From Candidatus Poribacteria bacterium (GTDB taxonomy: Bacteria > Poribacteria > WGA-4E > WGA-3G): a stretch of 64,000 nt of DNA. Below are positions 1 through 10,807 of this stretch, piece by piece. A model generated the notes under the pieces. That model saw only the letters and a program-made list of their open reading frames with translations. It had not been told where the DNA came from and searched no databases. The DNA lies in contig OZ242029.1 of the NCBI GenBank assembly GCA_965205015.1, positions 96,001 through 160,000 on the forward strand. The letters are read 5' to 3'. Position numbers and translations under genes: made by a program. The stretch's first letter is position 1; every line of letters starts with the position of its first letter.

Positions 1-748
1 AGACAAAATCTAATTCGTTGAGTTCTGCCTCAATTGCTTCTTGTGATCCCCGGATGGCGATGTGGACAATTTCTTCGCCCTTCGCCTGACTCGCAAGTTC
101 GTCGGGTGTCCCGTTTGCAACAATCTTCCCGTTGTTGATAATTAGGATTCGGCTGCAGGTAGCAGAAACCTCAGGCAAAATATGCGTGCTGAAGAGCACC
201 AATTTCTCCTGTCCGATATTTTTGATTAAGTTACGGATCTCAATGATTTGGCTCGGGTCTAACCCAGAGGTGGGTTCATCTAAAATCAGGATGGGTGGAT
301 CATGGATGAGGCTTTGTGCCAAACCGACACGCTGACGATAGCCTTTTGAGAGTTCGCCGATGTCCTTTTGGATAACGTCCTCAAGCCCACAGATGTCGAT
401 AACCGCTCGAATCCGCTCTTTCCGCTGATTCTTTGGGAGGTTCCGCACTTGCGTCATAAAGTTGAGGTATTCAATGACCCCCATGTCGGCATAAAGGGGC
501 GCGCTTTCAGGGAGATAGCCAATCCGTTTCCGAACTTCAACGGATTCCTCGAATACATCATACCCCGCAACGGAGGCACTTCCTGCATCCGCAGACAGAT
601 AGCAGGTGAGAATACGCATCGTGGTCGTCTTTCCTGCCCCGTTCGGACCGAGGAAACCTAACACCTCGCCAGCATGCGCGTCAAATGAAACATGGTCGAC
701 AGCAACCGTCGTACCGTACGATTTTGTAAGTTCTCTAACTTCGATCAT
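1..748 (-). CDS. ABC transporter ATP-binding protein (ABC-2/GldA-like), runs off the window edge
   Basis: Absent from the ORF track. Manual minus-strand translation from ATG at 748 gives MIEVRELTKSYG..GFLGPNGAGKTT (Walker A)..LSKGYRQRVGLAQ..ILILDEPTSGLD (Walker B)..STH. Confidence 0.9.
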   Translation of the reverse strand, partial: MIEVRELTKSYGTTVAVDHVSFDAHAGEVLGFLGPNGAGKTTTMRILTCYLSADAGSASVAGYDVFEESVEVRKRIGYLPESAPLYADMGVIEYLNFMTQVRNLPKNQRKERIRAVIDICGLEDVIQKDIGELSKGYRQRVGLAQSLIHDPPILILDEPTSGLDPSQIIEIRNLIKNIGQEKLVLFSTHILPEVSATCSRILIINNGKIVANGTPDELASQAKGEEIVHIAIRGSQEAIEAELNELDFV

Positions 749-825
749 ATTATTAATAACGTAGCAAACAATCGGCGAGAAAAGATGTCACCGATATGTC
801 TGAAAAATAGGATATATTATTTAAA

Positions 826-854
826 ATAATAGCATACAATTCACCGAATGTCAA
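826..854 (-). promoter_or_regulatory. sigma70-type promoter for the ABC ATPase gene
   Basis: Minus strand TTGACA-17 nt-TATTAT with extended TG. Confidence 0.6.
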
Positions 855-899
855 GAAAAAGTTGATCCTAAATCCGAGTTTATTCAGGCAGCGGAAAAC

Positions 900-2831
900 T
901 TAAATCCAACTATACACCGCCGATCTCAACACAAGACTTAACAGGGGCCAAAAACACCCCATCAACGCTTCACCCAGCACCAACCCGATAAAGAACGGTA
1001 TCGCTTTTCGATAGGCGTTGATACCCCCGTGCCGCAAGATCACCCACTTTGCGACCATCGCCAGAAACAGCGGAAACCAGATGACATCGGTTGTTCCCGG
1101 CGCAACGCCGATCACATATCCCGCCGGATGCAACGGACACCACACAAAACGGGAACGCAGAAAGATGATACCCAAATTCGCAGCGAAGGCGAATCCGAGC
1201 ACAGAAGTCGCCAGCCAATCCGTCGGCTTCGGACTCACTAACCACGAAGAAAGAAAGTTGTAGGTATCGGCACCACCGGCATGAATCTGCTCCGAACCCG
1301 CCGCTACCCCCTCACTGTAAATCGCATACGGATAGAGAATCAGACTTGACAGGATGCCAACAAGACTCGCAACGACTAACACGCCGAACATCGTTCGGTT
1401 TCGGATACCCGTCCGCTCTGCGAGTTTAAACGCCTCCAATTGATCCGGCATCGGATGTGTCCGAAAGGAGGCATAACTCGCACCACTTAACCAATTCATC
1501 AACGAGAGCATCGTCAGATTGCCCGCCCGTAGGCGGCGCGTGCCAAGCAGTGAAATTATCATATATTGTGGTGTGAGATACCCAATCGCATGGATCGGCG
1601 GACCTAATTCCGCACGCATCCGGGTTAAACCCACCACAATCATGAGATAGACGGCGATGAAAATCGCAAACGCCCATAGCGTCATCCCGCTACGGACACA
1701 AAAAACCGCTAATAAAAGCAGACATATACCTAACGTAATGACGGCAGCACGATGTGAGATCGCCTCTGTTCGTGAGGCGGCGCGATCGGGTCGGATGACC
1801 TGGGACCACACATCTGAAAAATGTTTCCGCGCATGCCAACAGGCAATCGCAAGCAGTGCGAGTAATGCCCCCGCCCCTTGTTCTCCCAGAAACGGATAGC
1901 CGGGCAATCCTGAAACACCCACAGCACTGCCAAAGAGCAACTGTACTTTCTTCAGCACATAGAAAAAGGTACATGAAAACGCCAAATCCAAAGGTAAAAT
2001 AAAGGAGAAGCCAATGATGTAGGGATGAAATCTCAGCGGCGTACTGCCCATTGCAATCCACGGTTTCTGTGTAAAGTAAATATTGAGGTTGTATTTCCGC
2101 ACAGGAACCTCTGGGAGAATTGGGTAGAAGAACTGCAGCCCATTGAGTAGGTTGATCCCCATGGCTATTGCGAATCCGAGCCAGAGCAAGCGATTTGTGA
2201 AGATACGTCGGTTGGTCGTAATCTCAAGCGGAATCTGAATAATCGGATATGCGAGTTTCTCATTTTCTATCCACTGCTTGCGAATCAGGGAGGTCACACA
2301 CAAAAAGATTAGCATCAACAGGAAAATAACCACCGACCAAGCGAGAATCGGCACGATCCAATGCTGAACGTAACCTTCTGTAAAAAAGTTGACCTCACCC
2401 TCATAGAAATCGTTGACGGCCTTCGGGTCCTTCACCACAAGCCATTCGGGAAGATAATGAAAGAGGAGTGCCTCCCAATCATTTTCGGGGGTAGCGAAGC
2501 GAAAAGCGTACGGGATGAGTCCCATTAACCGTGGAATACAATCGTGTCCTGAAAAAGCACTGCCCACAGCGAGCATACTAAAAATGACAAGTAGATCCCG
2601 CGGCTGTAGCGCGGCGCGTGGGAAGATACGCCGCACGATCATGTTCAGAAACGTCATCGCTATAATGCCGAACATGACATTGACTGACATCGCGACCGTT
2701 GTCAGATGCGCAGTATGCCAAATCATTTCGACATAGGCTATCCAGTAACTATTCGCGATAATCAAAACAGCACCAATCAGCACTGCCCGTTTCGCGATCG
2801 TCTGCGAGGCATACGAGTCTGTAGTGTGCAT
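900..2831 (-). CDS. Polytopic membrane protein, putative transporter (DUF6785/DUF6784-like)
   Basis: 643 aa with many TM helices; motifs RKQWIENEKLAYPI, RMRAELGPP, PLHPAGY, PFFIGLVLGE. Confidence 0.65.
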   Translation of the reverse strand: MHTTDSYASQTIAKRAVLIGAVLIIANSYWIAYVEMIWHTAHLTTVAMSVNVMFGIIAMTFLNMIVRRIFPRAALQPRDLLVIFSMLAVGSAFSGHDCIPRLMGLIPYAFRFATPENDWEALLFHYLPEWLVVKDPKAVNDFYEGEVNFFTEGYVQHWIVPILAWSVVIFLLMLIFLCVTSLIRKQWIENEKLAYPIIQIPLEITTNRRIFTNRLLWLGFAIAMGINLLNGLQFFYPILPEVPVRKYNLNIYFTQKPWIAMGSTPLRFHPYIIGFSFILPLDLAFSCTFFYVLKKVQLLFGSAVGVSGLPGYPFLGEQGAGALLALLAIACWHARKHFSDVWSQVIRPDRAASRTEAISHRAAVITLGICLLLLAVFCVRSGMTLWAFAIFIAVYLMIVVGLTRMRAELGPPIHAIGYLTPQYMIISLLGTRRLRAGNLTMLSLMNWLSGASYASFRTHPMPDQLEAFKLAERTGIRNRTMFGVLVVASLVGILSSLILYPYAIYSEGVAAGSEQIHAGGADTYNFLSSWLVSPKPTDWLATSVLGFAFAANLGIIFLRSRFVWCPLHPAGYVIGVAPGTTDVIWFPLFLAMVAKWVILRHGGINAYRKAIPFFIGLVLGEALMGCFWPLLSLVLRSAVYSWI

Positions 2832-3182
2832 ATTCTCAGGAGAAAAATGGCAGCGATTTCATCTTCGCCTCGCCTCGATCTCGCGACCGCGACACCTCGA
2901 AACTCAATCGCTCTAATATATCTTGGTTAGGAGAACTTGAGTTGTAGAGTGGACAGGGCATTGTAGCGTGCATCGGCTCTATCGAAAAACGCAAAGCGCG
3001 AGCCCATGTTTAATCAAAATTTTCCTTTGTTATATCCATTAAATATGTTATACTGAATATAGGAGTTTGTCAAGGTTTTTCTTTTAAATCAAATAAGGAA
3101 TCACAGCCACAGCACCCCTAAAGAAAACTATTGATTTTTACGTACGTTTTTTCATACCATAACTTAGGAAGGAGAGCTTCGT

Positions 3183-4295
3183 ATGGAATTAACTTTTGAA
3201 AGGGATGATCTCTTGGACACCTTACAGGTCCTGCAAGGAGTCGCAAGTGGACGCACTACCCTACCAATTCTCTCAAATGTCCTCATCAATGCTACCGGAG
3301 GCACCATTGAGTGCCTGGCAACGGATCTGGAAGTCGGCATTAGAATGACGGTTGAAGGTACAATCACTGAGGAGGGGGCAATCACCGTCTCCGCTAAGAA
3401 GTTAGGAGATATCGTCAAGGAGTTACCCGCAGACAAATCGATACACTTAGCAACGACAGCAAACGACCGTGTTGAGATCACCTGTGGTGAGGGTGTTTAC
3501 AAAATCATCGGACTGCCCGATGAAGAATTCCCACAACTCCCCTCGGTTGAAGGGGAAGCCTTGAAGGTTGGGGGAGAGACGCTGCGCGATGTCCTTCAGA
3601 AAACGGAGTTTGCCGCGTCTACAGAAGAGGTGCGTTACTTCCTAAATGGGCTCTATTTCAATTTTCTTGAGCATGGGACGGAGATAGTTGCCACGGATGG
3701 TAAACGTCTGGCACTGGCACGCTGCGAACCCCTTACCGCACCGGGAGAAGTCAACGGGTTCATCGTGCCGTTGAAAGCCGTCCGCGAGATCGCGCGAACC
3801 TTCGCTGATGCGGGTGAGGTCAGCGTTTCAGTTTTTGAAAACCAAATCCTCTTTACCGATGGGAACGCCACCTTAACGACGCGACTTGTAGAGGGGGATT
3901 ATCCGAACTATGAGAAAATTATTCCCGAATCGAGCGAAGGCAAAACAGTTGTTTCAAAAGAAGGAATTTTAAGTGCGACGCGGCGGGTCGCGCTGCTGTC
4001 GAATCCGAAGAACTATTCAATCTGCTTAGAAATCGATTCAGAACAGGTCCAAGTCTCCGCGAAGACCCCGGAATTAGGGGAAGCACACGAGACGCTGCCT
4101 GTGGAGTCCAGTACTGGAAGTGTTAGGATCGGGTTCGACGCTCGGTTATTGATAGAAGCATTGTCACATATCGAAACGACGTCCTTATCAATGGAATTTT
4201 CAGGCGAGTTGAACCCCTTTCTCATTAAACCCGTAGGTGACGATAATTACGTCTCCCTGATAATGCCGATGCGCTTAGACCCCGCTTCAGCATAA
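3183..4295 (+). CDS. dnaN: DNA polymerase III beta sliding clamp
   Basis: 370 aa; TTLPILSNVL, ATDLEVG, ATDGKRLA, RLVEGDYPNY, C-terminal LIMPMR; SD AGGAG. Confidence 0.97.
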   Translation: MELTFERDDLLDTLQVLQGVASGRTTLPILSNVLINATGGTIECLATDLEVGIRMTVEGTITEEGAITVSAKKLGDIVKELPADKSIHLATTANDRVEITCGEGVYKIIGLPDEEFPQLPSVEGEALKVGGETLRDVLQKTEFAASTEEVRYFLNGLYFNFLEHGTEIVATDGKRLALARCEPLTAPGEVNGFIVPLKAVREIARTFADAGEVSVSVFENQILFTDGNATLTTRLVEGDYPNYEKIIPESSEGKTVVSKEGILSATRRVALLSNPKNYSICLEIDSEQVQVSAKTPELGEAHETLPVESSTGSVRIGFDARLLIEALSHIETTSLSMEFSGELNPFLIKPVGDDNYVSLIMPMRLDPASA

Positions 4296-4383
4296 GAAGT
4301 TTTTGAGTTGCGTTCCTACCTCTGTGCTTCGCTGGTGCGGTTCCAGACCACACCAGCGAAGTATCATTACAATGAACTCACCT

Positions 4384-5301
4384 TTAGCTGATTTCAGCAC
4401 CAGACATCTGCTCCAATGCCAGCATCAGAGCCTGTGTGCCCAACCTACCATGCCCCTGTGCCTGCACCGCCGTGTACAGCTGATGCACCAACGCGAGTCC
4501 AGGCAGACTCAGATTCATCTTACGCGCCTCGTCCAAGGCGATGCTCATATCTTTAATAAAATGCTCCACAAAGAACCCAGGATCGAAGTTGCGTTGGAGC
4601 ACTCGCGGCGCCAAATTGTCCAGAGACCAGCAAGCCGCCGCACCGCCACTAATCGAGGACAGCATCGTTTCTAAATCCAATCCAGCCTTGTAGCCGTAGA
4701 TTAACCCTTCACAGACCCCGATCATCGTCCCCGAAATCGTGATCTGATTGCACATTTTGGTGTGTTGTCCAGCCCCCGCGCCCCCTTGATGGACGATGTT
4801 TTTTCCCATCGCCTCGAAGAGGGGCATAACGGCTTGGACAGCCGCCTCGTCACCGCCAACCATGATAGAGAGACGCGCTTCTCGGGCACCAACATCCCCC
4901 CCTGAAACAGGAGCGTCGATGGATGAGACATCCTGTGCCTGCGCTGCGGCGTAGATCTCTTGCGCGAGAGACGGTTCCGTCGTTGTCATATCAACGATGA
5001 GGCTTCCGGATTTCGCTCCCTTCAAAATACCATCGTCACCGAGGTAAACTTCGCGGACATCGGGTGGAAATCCGACAATCGTGAAGATAACATCAGAGGC
5101 GGCTGCAACTTCGCTCGGTGAATCTGCCCACGCCGCCCCCGCTTCGAGTAATGGGTCAGCCTTTGATTTCGTCCGGTTATAGACGGTCATCCCATATCCG
5201 AGGTCCATCAGATGTTGACACATCCATCGTCCCATTACGCCGGTACCAATCCAACCTAACTTCGTTGTTGTAGGTTCAATTTTCAATGTGGTAGTTTCCA
5301 T
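4384..5301 (-). CDS. NAD(P)-dependent beta-hydroxyacid dehydrogenase (3-hydroxyisobutyrate/tartronate-semialdehyde reductase family)
   Basis: GWIGTGVMG Rossmann motif, [23 protein letters not shown]. Confidence 0.9.
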   Translation of the reverse strand: METTTLKIEPTTTKLGWIGTGVMGRWMCQHLMDLGYGMTVYNRTKSKADPLLEAGAAWADSPSEVAAASDVIFTIVGFPPDVREVYLGDDGILKGAKSGSLIVDMTTTEPSLAQEIYAAAQAQDVSSIDAPVSGGDVGAREARLSIMVGGDEAAVQAVMPLFEAMGKNIVHQGGAGAGQHTKMCNQITISGTMIGVCEGLIYGYKAGLDLETMLSSISGGAAACWSLDNLAPRVLQRNFDPGFFVEHFIKDMSIALDEARKMNLSLPGLALVHQLYTAVQAQGHGRLGTQALMLALEQMSGAEIS

Positions 5302-5320
5302 AATTCTCCTTCTTTTTAAA

Positions 5321-5462
5321 GGTTGTCAGGCTTCAGTTGTCAGTTAAGAGGCTTTTTGTAACAATCGCCTATCCTCGGAATATTCCGAACTGGCGTGTGA
5401 AAGCCCAAAAAAATCTTTTTAACCGATAACTCTTAAAACTGAAGACCGATAACTGATAACTA
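5321..5462. repeat. Intergenic repeat family A (heptamer GTTRTCAG units facing inverted CTGATAAC units)
   Basis: ggttgtcagg..cagttgtcagttaagagg on the left, ctcttaaaactgaagaccgataactgataac on the right; relatives at 6503-6618, 18011-18056, 20085-20122. Confidence 0.75.
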
Positions 5463-6479
5463 TTTCAAATCCTTTGCTAATTGCGAACTAATGACAATAC
5501 CGCCCACGGCAACAGCACAATAAATGGCGAAGAACCGCGTCAACAACACATAGAGAGGTATCAATTCTTTGAGAATCAAATTTTCCATCAATCCAACGGT
5601 TACAACCTCTGCGACTCCACTTGCACCAGGGCTGGGTGCAAAGAGCACAACGAAATTGAGCAGCAACCCAACAACGCTGAGTTCCCATAGGGTCGCCTCC
5701 CCGTTGAGCGCCTTCACGATGATGTAACTGCCAACGATCCGTGCACCGAAGAAACCACAAGTTAAGAGGGCACTGAATGCGCATGTCCATTTATGGTGAC
5801 GCAAGAACATTACCGCAAACGATTTATGTTCAGTAACGAGTTCTTCCACCTTTGAAGTAGCACGCTCAAGAATAGGGGTGAGACGCGTGAACCGTCGCTG
5901 CGCAAAACCGCAGCACCAATGAAAAAAACGAAAAACAAAATCTGGCTTGAAAAGCAGTAACAGAAATCCTGAGAATGCCAAGCCAAACATCAAACAACTG
6001 AATAGGCTCACCCACGTAGCCCCTTTCGGTAAAAACGGGGGATTTAACCATACAATACCAACTGCGAAGAACATGAGCGTGGTTATAGTGGAGAGGAAAC
6101 AGATGATACCTGATGTTATTGATGCCGACAACGGCACGCCGACTCGCGCGTAAATATAGAGATACCCCACCCCGCCTGTTTGGAACGGTGTAATACAGGA
6201 AACACAGAGGGTCGCTAAGTTTGCACGCAGACTGTCCCAGAACCTGATGTCTGGTTTGACTTTTTGAATAAAAATATGGAAGCGGAGTGCCCCGAACACC
6301 CAATCCACGAACATACACAGACACGCGCCCAGTAGCATCTCAGCCTGCATCTCGCGAAAAACTTGCTTTATATCTTGAGTACCACCCCACAAAAAACTTA
6401 GGAATAACCCAGCGAATGTGCACAGCAGAAAGAAAAGCGTGCCGCGCGTCACATTTTCGCGGGTCAAGAATTCCTGCAT
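5460..6479 (-). CDS. Lysylphosphatidylglycerol-synthase TM region / flippase-like membrane protein (YbhN/AglD family)
   Basis: ITPFQTGG and APSPGASGVAE motifs, about 8 TM helices. Confidence 0.8.
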   Translation of the reverse strand: MQEFLTRENVTRGTLFFLLCTFAGLFLSFLWGGTQDIKQVFREMQAEMLLGACLCMFVDWVFGALRFHIFIQKVKPDIRFWDSLRANLATLCVSCITPFQTGGVGYLYIYARVGVPLSASITSGIICFLSTITTLMFFAVGIVWLNPPFLPKGATWVSLFSCLMFGLAFSGFLLLLFKPDFVFRFFHWCCGFAQRRFTRLTPILERATSKVEELVTEHKSFAVMFLRHHKWTCAFSALLTCGFFGARIVGSYIIVKALNGEATLWELSVVGLLLNFVVLFAPSPGASGVAEVVTVGLMENLILKELIPLYVLLTRFFAIYCAVAVGGIVISSQLAKDLK

Positions 6480-6502
6480 TACCAGCGAAATCTCCTTTTT
6501 AC

Positions 6503-6618
6503 TGGCTGTCGGCTATCAGATCGAATTTTTCTACGAAAAATCCTTTCGGCTGTCAGGCACAAGAGGCAATCCTTGTGAAACGAGAACCTCTTAACCGGCA
6601 ACTGATAACAAACAACTA
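6503..6618. repeat. Intergenic repeat family A copy
   Basis: ggctgtcggctatcag..ggctgtcaggcacaagagg..cctcttaaccggcaactgataac. Confidence 0.7.
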
Positions 6619-7461
6619 TTGAGCAATGAGCGTCAGCGTCAGACTAATATCCATCGGCATCGCTGAATGCGTCAATGCCCCGACAGAGATGAGATCTACA
6701 CCGGCTGCTGCCACAGTCTTTACTTTGTCAAGTGTAATACCACCGGACGCTTCTGTCACCGCAAGATCCCCCACTTCACGGACAACACGCGCCATCATGT
6801 TCGGAGACATGTTGTCAAGGAGCAGGATGTCCGCCCCTGCTTTTAGGGCGTCATCGACCTGATCGAGAGTTTCAACCTCGACCTCAATCTTTGCGGTGTG
6901 TGGAACAACCTGTCGCGCACACTGAACGGCGTTACCAACCCCTCCAGCCGCAACGATGTGGTTATCCTTAATCAATACACCATCATAAAGCCCAAAACGG
7001 TGGTTATGCCCACCGCCGATACGCACGGCGTATTTCTGAACTGCCCGCCACCCGGCTGCAGTCTTCCGAGTATCTACGATTTTGGTGTCGTAGCCATCGA
7101 CTGCCTCCACAAATTGTGCGGTGAGGGTCGCTATCCCGGAGAGCCGTTGCAGGAAATTAAGAGCCGTCCGCTCTCCGATCAGAATGGTTTTGGCACTCCC
7201 TTGGACCTCGGCAATCGGCGTACCCCTCTTCACAGCGTCCCCATCAGCGACAAGCCCACGAAACGACAACGTCTCATCTAATTTTGCGAAAACCCGTTCA
7301 GCGACTGGCAGTCCTGCGACAATGCCGTCACTCTTGGCAAGCAGGGTTCCTATACCCCCCTGTGCGGACGGCACTGTTGCTTCTGTTGTTATATCACCGA
7401 TACCGATGTCCTCTTCAAAGGCAAGTTCGATTAAGGGGTCTAATGCGCGAAGATTGAGCAT
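6616..7461 (-). CDS. nadC: Nicotinate-nucleotide diphosphorylase (quinolinate phosphoribosyltransferase)
   Basis: ERTALNFLQRLSGIAT, DTRKT, HRFGLYD, LIKDNH, EVEVE, LLDN, EASGGI. Confidence 0.97.
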   Translation of the reverse strand: MLNLRALDPLIELAFEEDIGIGDITTEATVPSAQGGIGTLLAKSDGIVAGLPVAERVFAKLDETLSFRGLVADGDAVKRGTPIAEVQGSAKTILIGERTALNFLQRLSGIATLTAQFVEAVDGYDTKIVDTRKTAAGWRAVQKYAVRIGGGHNHRFGLYDGVLIKDNHIVAAGGVGNAVQCARQVVPHTAKIEVEVETLDQVDDALKAGADILLLDNMSPNMMARVVREVGDLAVTEASGGITLDKVKTVAAAGVDLISVGALTHSAMPMDISLTLTLIAQ

Positions 7462-7486
7462 ATTTTAATAGTCCGCCGATACCCCT

Positions 7487-8401
7487 TTAATACCTTTCCA
7501 AATACGGGGTCAGGAATTTCTTTGCGTCTTCCGTGACATCCCACGCGTTGGGCCAGAAACAGAGATCAATAGAGAACCAATCCCCGTCGTACCCAGTCTC
7601 ATCCATGATGACCGGAATAATCGCGTCAAAATCCAGCACACCGTCTCCGAAAGGCGCGTGCGTGCTTGTTTCGTCGCCATGGAGCGTGTTGTCGGAATCG
7701 ATGAGGTGGAAGTGACCGATCTGCCCCTTGAGTTGACGTGCCAAGTCAATGACCCCATTATCGCCGAGGGTCTCCTGCTCTCCGGGCTGTCGGGCACCGA
7801 CAACCGCACACATTTGGGCATGACAAGTATCAAACATCACCTTGAAATTGGGATGACCCACTGCCTGTGGCATATTGACAATGTCGCTGGGTTTGTTGAA
7901 CATAAATCCGGGTTCAAATTCCCAGAGCATCAACACGCCGTGATCTTCGGCGACTTGTGCACAGCGTCTCCAGACGGAGACGATCCGATCCCAAGCTTTC
8001 TCAGGCTCAACGCCAGGAATTCCCGCTTCGGGATCATCTACTGTATCCACACGAATCGCAGGCGATCCGAGATCAAGGGCGAGTTGGAGGCTCTCTTTGA
8101 ACAACTTGTAGTATCTATCGTCCTCCTGCCCCTCATCCGTAGCCGGACCGGGGTGCGACCAGAAGTCGGCGGCTAATCCGGAGACTTCCAAACCGTAATA
8201 GGAGATTAATCCCTTGACGGCGTCCCGATCGCTTTTCATCGGGTAATCGTTAATGTCAATATGCGGTTTAAACGCTCCAATTTCAATACCATCAAATTCA
8301 AGGTCGCTGAGCGTCTTGACGACGGTATCAAACGGAATAGGATTCTCTTCATAAGGACCAAAGGCATACGCCCAACTTCCAATGGACAATTTTTTTGCCA
8401 T
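7487..8401 (-). CDS. Sugar phosphate isomerase/epimerase (AP endonuclease 2 TIM barrel)
   Basis: WEFEPG, FDTCH, HFHLIDSD, HAPFGDG; start moved to ATG 8401 (MAKK) behind SD AAGGAG. Confidence 0.85.
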   Translation of the reverse strand: MAKKLSIGSWAYAFGPYEENPIPFDTVVKTLSDLEFDGIEIGAFKPHIDINDYPMKSDRDAVKGLISYYGLEVSGLAADFWSHPGPATDEGQEDDRYYKLFKESLQLALDLGSPAIRVDTVDDPEAGIPGVEPEKAWDRIVSVWRRCAQVAEDHGVLMLWEFEPGFMFNKPSDIVNMPQAVGHPNFKVMFDTCHAQMCAVVGARQPGEQETLGDNGVIDLARQLKGQIGHFHLIDSDNTLHGDETSTHAPFGDGVLDFDAIIPVIMDETGYDGDWFSIDLCFWPNAWDVTEDAKKFLTPYLERY

Positions 8402-8441
8402 GTTTCTCTCCTTTTTAATTTTACCTTGCGGAGCAGCAGAA

Positions 8442-9659
8442 TTACGATACACCCGTGACCAACGTCCGAACCGCTGTTTCAAGTTCAAGGGTTATCTGCT
8501 CCACCGTTTCTCTTTTCTGTGCCTTGTAGGTATCGTAACAGTCTCGGAGATTTTTGGGTTCACCGACACGGACGGATGCGACCCGCGGTCCCCGCATTTT
8601 TGACGTACCAAAGACTTCTCTCTCCAGACGCACAATCACTTCAAGAAACCGCTCGGGTGAGCGCTCTTCTGCGACATATCCATCTGAAATCGCTATAAAA
8701 TTAATTAACCGCTCCAGGTCGGGATAGAAGCGTTGGAACTTCTGGAGCAGTTCTTCATGTATCTTCCGTTCGTACTCCGTCATCTGCTCAATGTCTTTAT
8801 AGACTTCGGCATCGACTAAATTTTTCAACGCCCGTACCCGCGTGAGAACATCCGCTTCAGAGTGAATCCCCATGATCCGTTCAGCATGGGACAAGATCTG
8901 CTCTTTCATCTTCTGGATATGTGTATCAAGCGGCACGGTCTCGTCCACTTTATATTTATACTCAGCCGCAAGCGTTTTGAATACCGCCACACCGATACGC
9001 CGCAACCGTTCATACCGTTCAATCGGCGTTCGATCCGCAGGCGGGAGAATGTTCCGCTCCAATTCCGTGAGGGCGGCATCAATGTCGTCCCACATGTCCC
9101 GTGGATACTGGTATTTGATCCCGATCGGAACCATATAAAGCGGTTTGTCAACCCCCGCCTTTGCCATATCGTCCAAAGCCCAGAAACAGAGCTGAACAAT
9201 ACCCCTCTCAAAGCGCATGACAGTATCATTCTGCCGTGAGATTTCCCCCTCCGCGAAGATAACAAGGGACGCATCACCTTCAGACAGGAGCTCCCGCGTT
9301 GTTCGGAATGCGTTCCGGTCGGCGGTGCCGCGCACAATGGAATACGCACCGAACCGTTGCATCAGAAAACCGCGTAAGCCACCGAATTTTCCCTTGCCAT
9401 AGGTCTCGCGTGCAGTCATGTAGTAGTACTGCTGAGAAAGCCGTTTGGACAAGGAGAACATAACAGCAGGATCTGCTCGTGCCGCGTGATTCGGGGCTAA
9501 TACGGTCGGATGTCCATCCGTCAAATTTAGACGGTCAATTGATTCCGCATCAACATCTAAGGTTAACCCCTTCAAACACAAGCGGTTGACAAGCGGGATA
9601 AGTCCTTTTGCAACTTGGATCAGAGCCGTACTCGGCTTAGGAGGTTTAAAATCTAACAT
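8442..9659 (-). CDS. Phospholipid/glycerol acyltransferase (PlsC-like) with C-terminal extension
   Basis: NHAARAD (HxxxxD), GAYSIVRG, IFAEG. Confidence 0.85.
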   Translation of the reverse strand: MLDFKPPKPSTALIQVAKGLIPLVNRLCLKGLTLDVDAESIDRLNLTDGHPTVLAPNHAARADPAVMFSLSKRLSQQYYYMTARETYGKGKFGGLRGFLMQRFGAYSIVRGTADRNAFRTTRELLSEGDASLVIFAEGEISRQNDTVMRFERGIVQLCFWALDDMAKAGVDKPLYMVPIGIKYQYPRDMWDDIDAALTELERNILPPADRTPIERYERLRRIGVAVFKTLAAEYKYKVDETVPLDTHIQKMKEQILSHAERIMGIHSEADVLTRVRALKNLVDAEVYKDIEQMTEYERKIHEELLQKFQRFYPDLERLINFIAISDGYVAEERSPERFLEVIVRLEREVFGTSKMRGPRVASVRVGEPKNLRDCYDTYKAQKRETVEQITLELETAVRTLVTGVS

Positions 9660-9671
9660 TGCGTGCTGTTG

Positions 9672-9702
9672 TTACGGCACGCGGCGCGTGCCTACTGCTT
9701 TT
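9672..9702 (-). repeat. GTAG-type REP-like palindrome (family B)
   Basis: Reverse complement AAAAGCAGTAGGCACGCGCCGCGTGCCGTAA; matches copies at 23342 and 48230. Confidence 0.75.
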
Positions 9703-10807
9703 AAAGGCTTGGCGGATAGCAACAGATGATCTCCATGGGTGTATCATCCGTGCTAACGATGACGTAACTGGACAAGCATCGTGGGATAAAGACAGATTTG
9801 CCGCGTTTGAGCGGGACATCTTCAAAATCGCCACGCAGCACGCCTTCACCGTCCAAAGTCACGAGCGCATAAAACCCTTTGTCTGCTGGCATACTGAGCG
9901 TCGAACGCACTGTTAAACGCGAGCATCCAAAGAATTTCGAGGCTTCCTCTGGCACGATCCGATCTTCTCGGTTATCGCCTTCCGCCCGGACGAGTTCTGG
10001 CGTGCGGCGGATGTAGTTGTTAAGATAGTCCAGTTCCAATTTATCAAACTCAGCAGCATCTACAGCGAGATCCCAGCCGAGTCCGAGGTGCCCATCATCC
10101 CTTTCAAACGGAAAACCTTCCCATTCCGCGAGGATGTTCCAGTCGGTAGGCTCTTGGGGTTCGAGCACACAGAGTCCTGTGCCGAGCGAATGGACAATCG
10201 GTGTCCGTAAAAAATAGACCTCCCCGACCTTCGGTTCAACCACGTGCATCAGGCTCCGCAGTGTCGGTACATCCTGTGCTTCCATCAGACGGCGGAATTC
10301 TGCCTTGTCTATCGCTTCCTTCCAGCCGATCCACGCCTTCGCGCCCGGACGCGTGCCGATGAGGATCCACGCTTCATTCTTACCGAACGGAGAATTGAGA
10401 TGTTTCTGCGAGAAATCCGGATTTGGATGCCAATGGATAGGGATATGTGCGCCTTCACCGACGTCAAAAATCTTGAGAAGTACGCCTAATTCAGTACCGT
10501 ATTTATCGACGTGCGCGCCACCGAGCGTCTCTTCTGGGAATGCGTCCAGCAGTGCTTTCAACAGGACGGTCTCACCGCTTGGGAGCTGGATGCGACTGAG
10601 TCCTTTGTCGGGCGGATTCTCTCTGCCGGGCGTGATTGCCCGGTTTGTGGAAAAGATCCATTCTTCAGAGTAATAGTCATCTTTCGGATCGGGTTCCCCC
10701 ATAAACTCGGCGCGGAGCTTTCCACCGTTATAAAAATGTAGGTAGGTATTTGGTGCTAAGCCAACGGGTGCGTCTAACATTGACCGCAGTTCATTTTGTG
10801 ATGCCAT
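9701..10807 (-). CDS. Mannose-6-phosphate isomerase class I-like cupin
   Basis: LLKIFD, PIHWHP, GKNEAW, VHSLG, LEPQEPTD. Confidence 0.8.
   Translation of the reverse strand: MASQNELRSMLDAPVGLAPNTYLHFYNGGKLRAEFMGEPDPKDDYYSEEWIFSTNRAITPGRENPPDKGLSRIQLPSGETVLLKALLDAFPEETLGGAHVDKYGTELGVLLKIFDVGEGAHIPIHWHPNPDFSQKHLNSPFGKNEAWILIGTRPGAKAWIGWKEAIDKAEFRRLMEAQDVPTLRSLMHVVEPKVGEVYFLRTPIVHSLGTGLCVLEPQEPTDWNILAEWEGFPFERDDGHLGLGWDLAVDAAEFDKLELDYLNNYIRRTPELVRAEGDNREDRIVPEEASKFFGCSRLTVRSTLSMPADKGFYALVTLDGEGVLRGDFEDVPLKRGKSVFIPRCLSSYVIVSTDDTPMEIICCYPPSL

Noticed and set aside
132-661. Plus-strand ORFs 132-335 and 368-661
   Set aside because: Antisense shadows of the minus-strand ABC ATPase gene at 1-748.
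2832-3182. Possible oriC upstream of dnaN
   Set aside because: No clear DnaA boxes and no dnaA; the AT richness is explained by divergent promoters.
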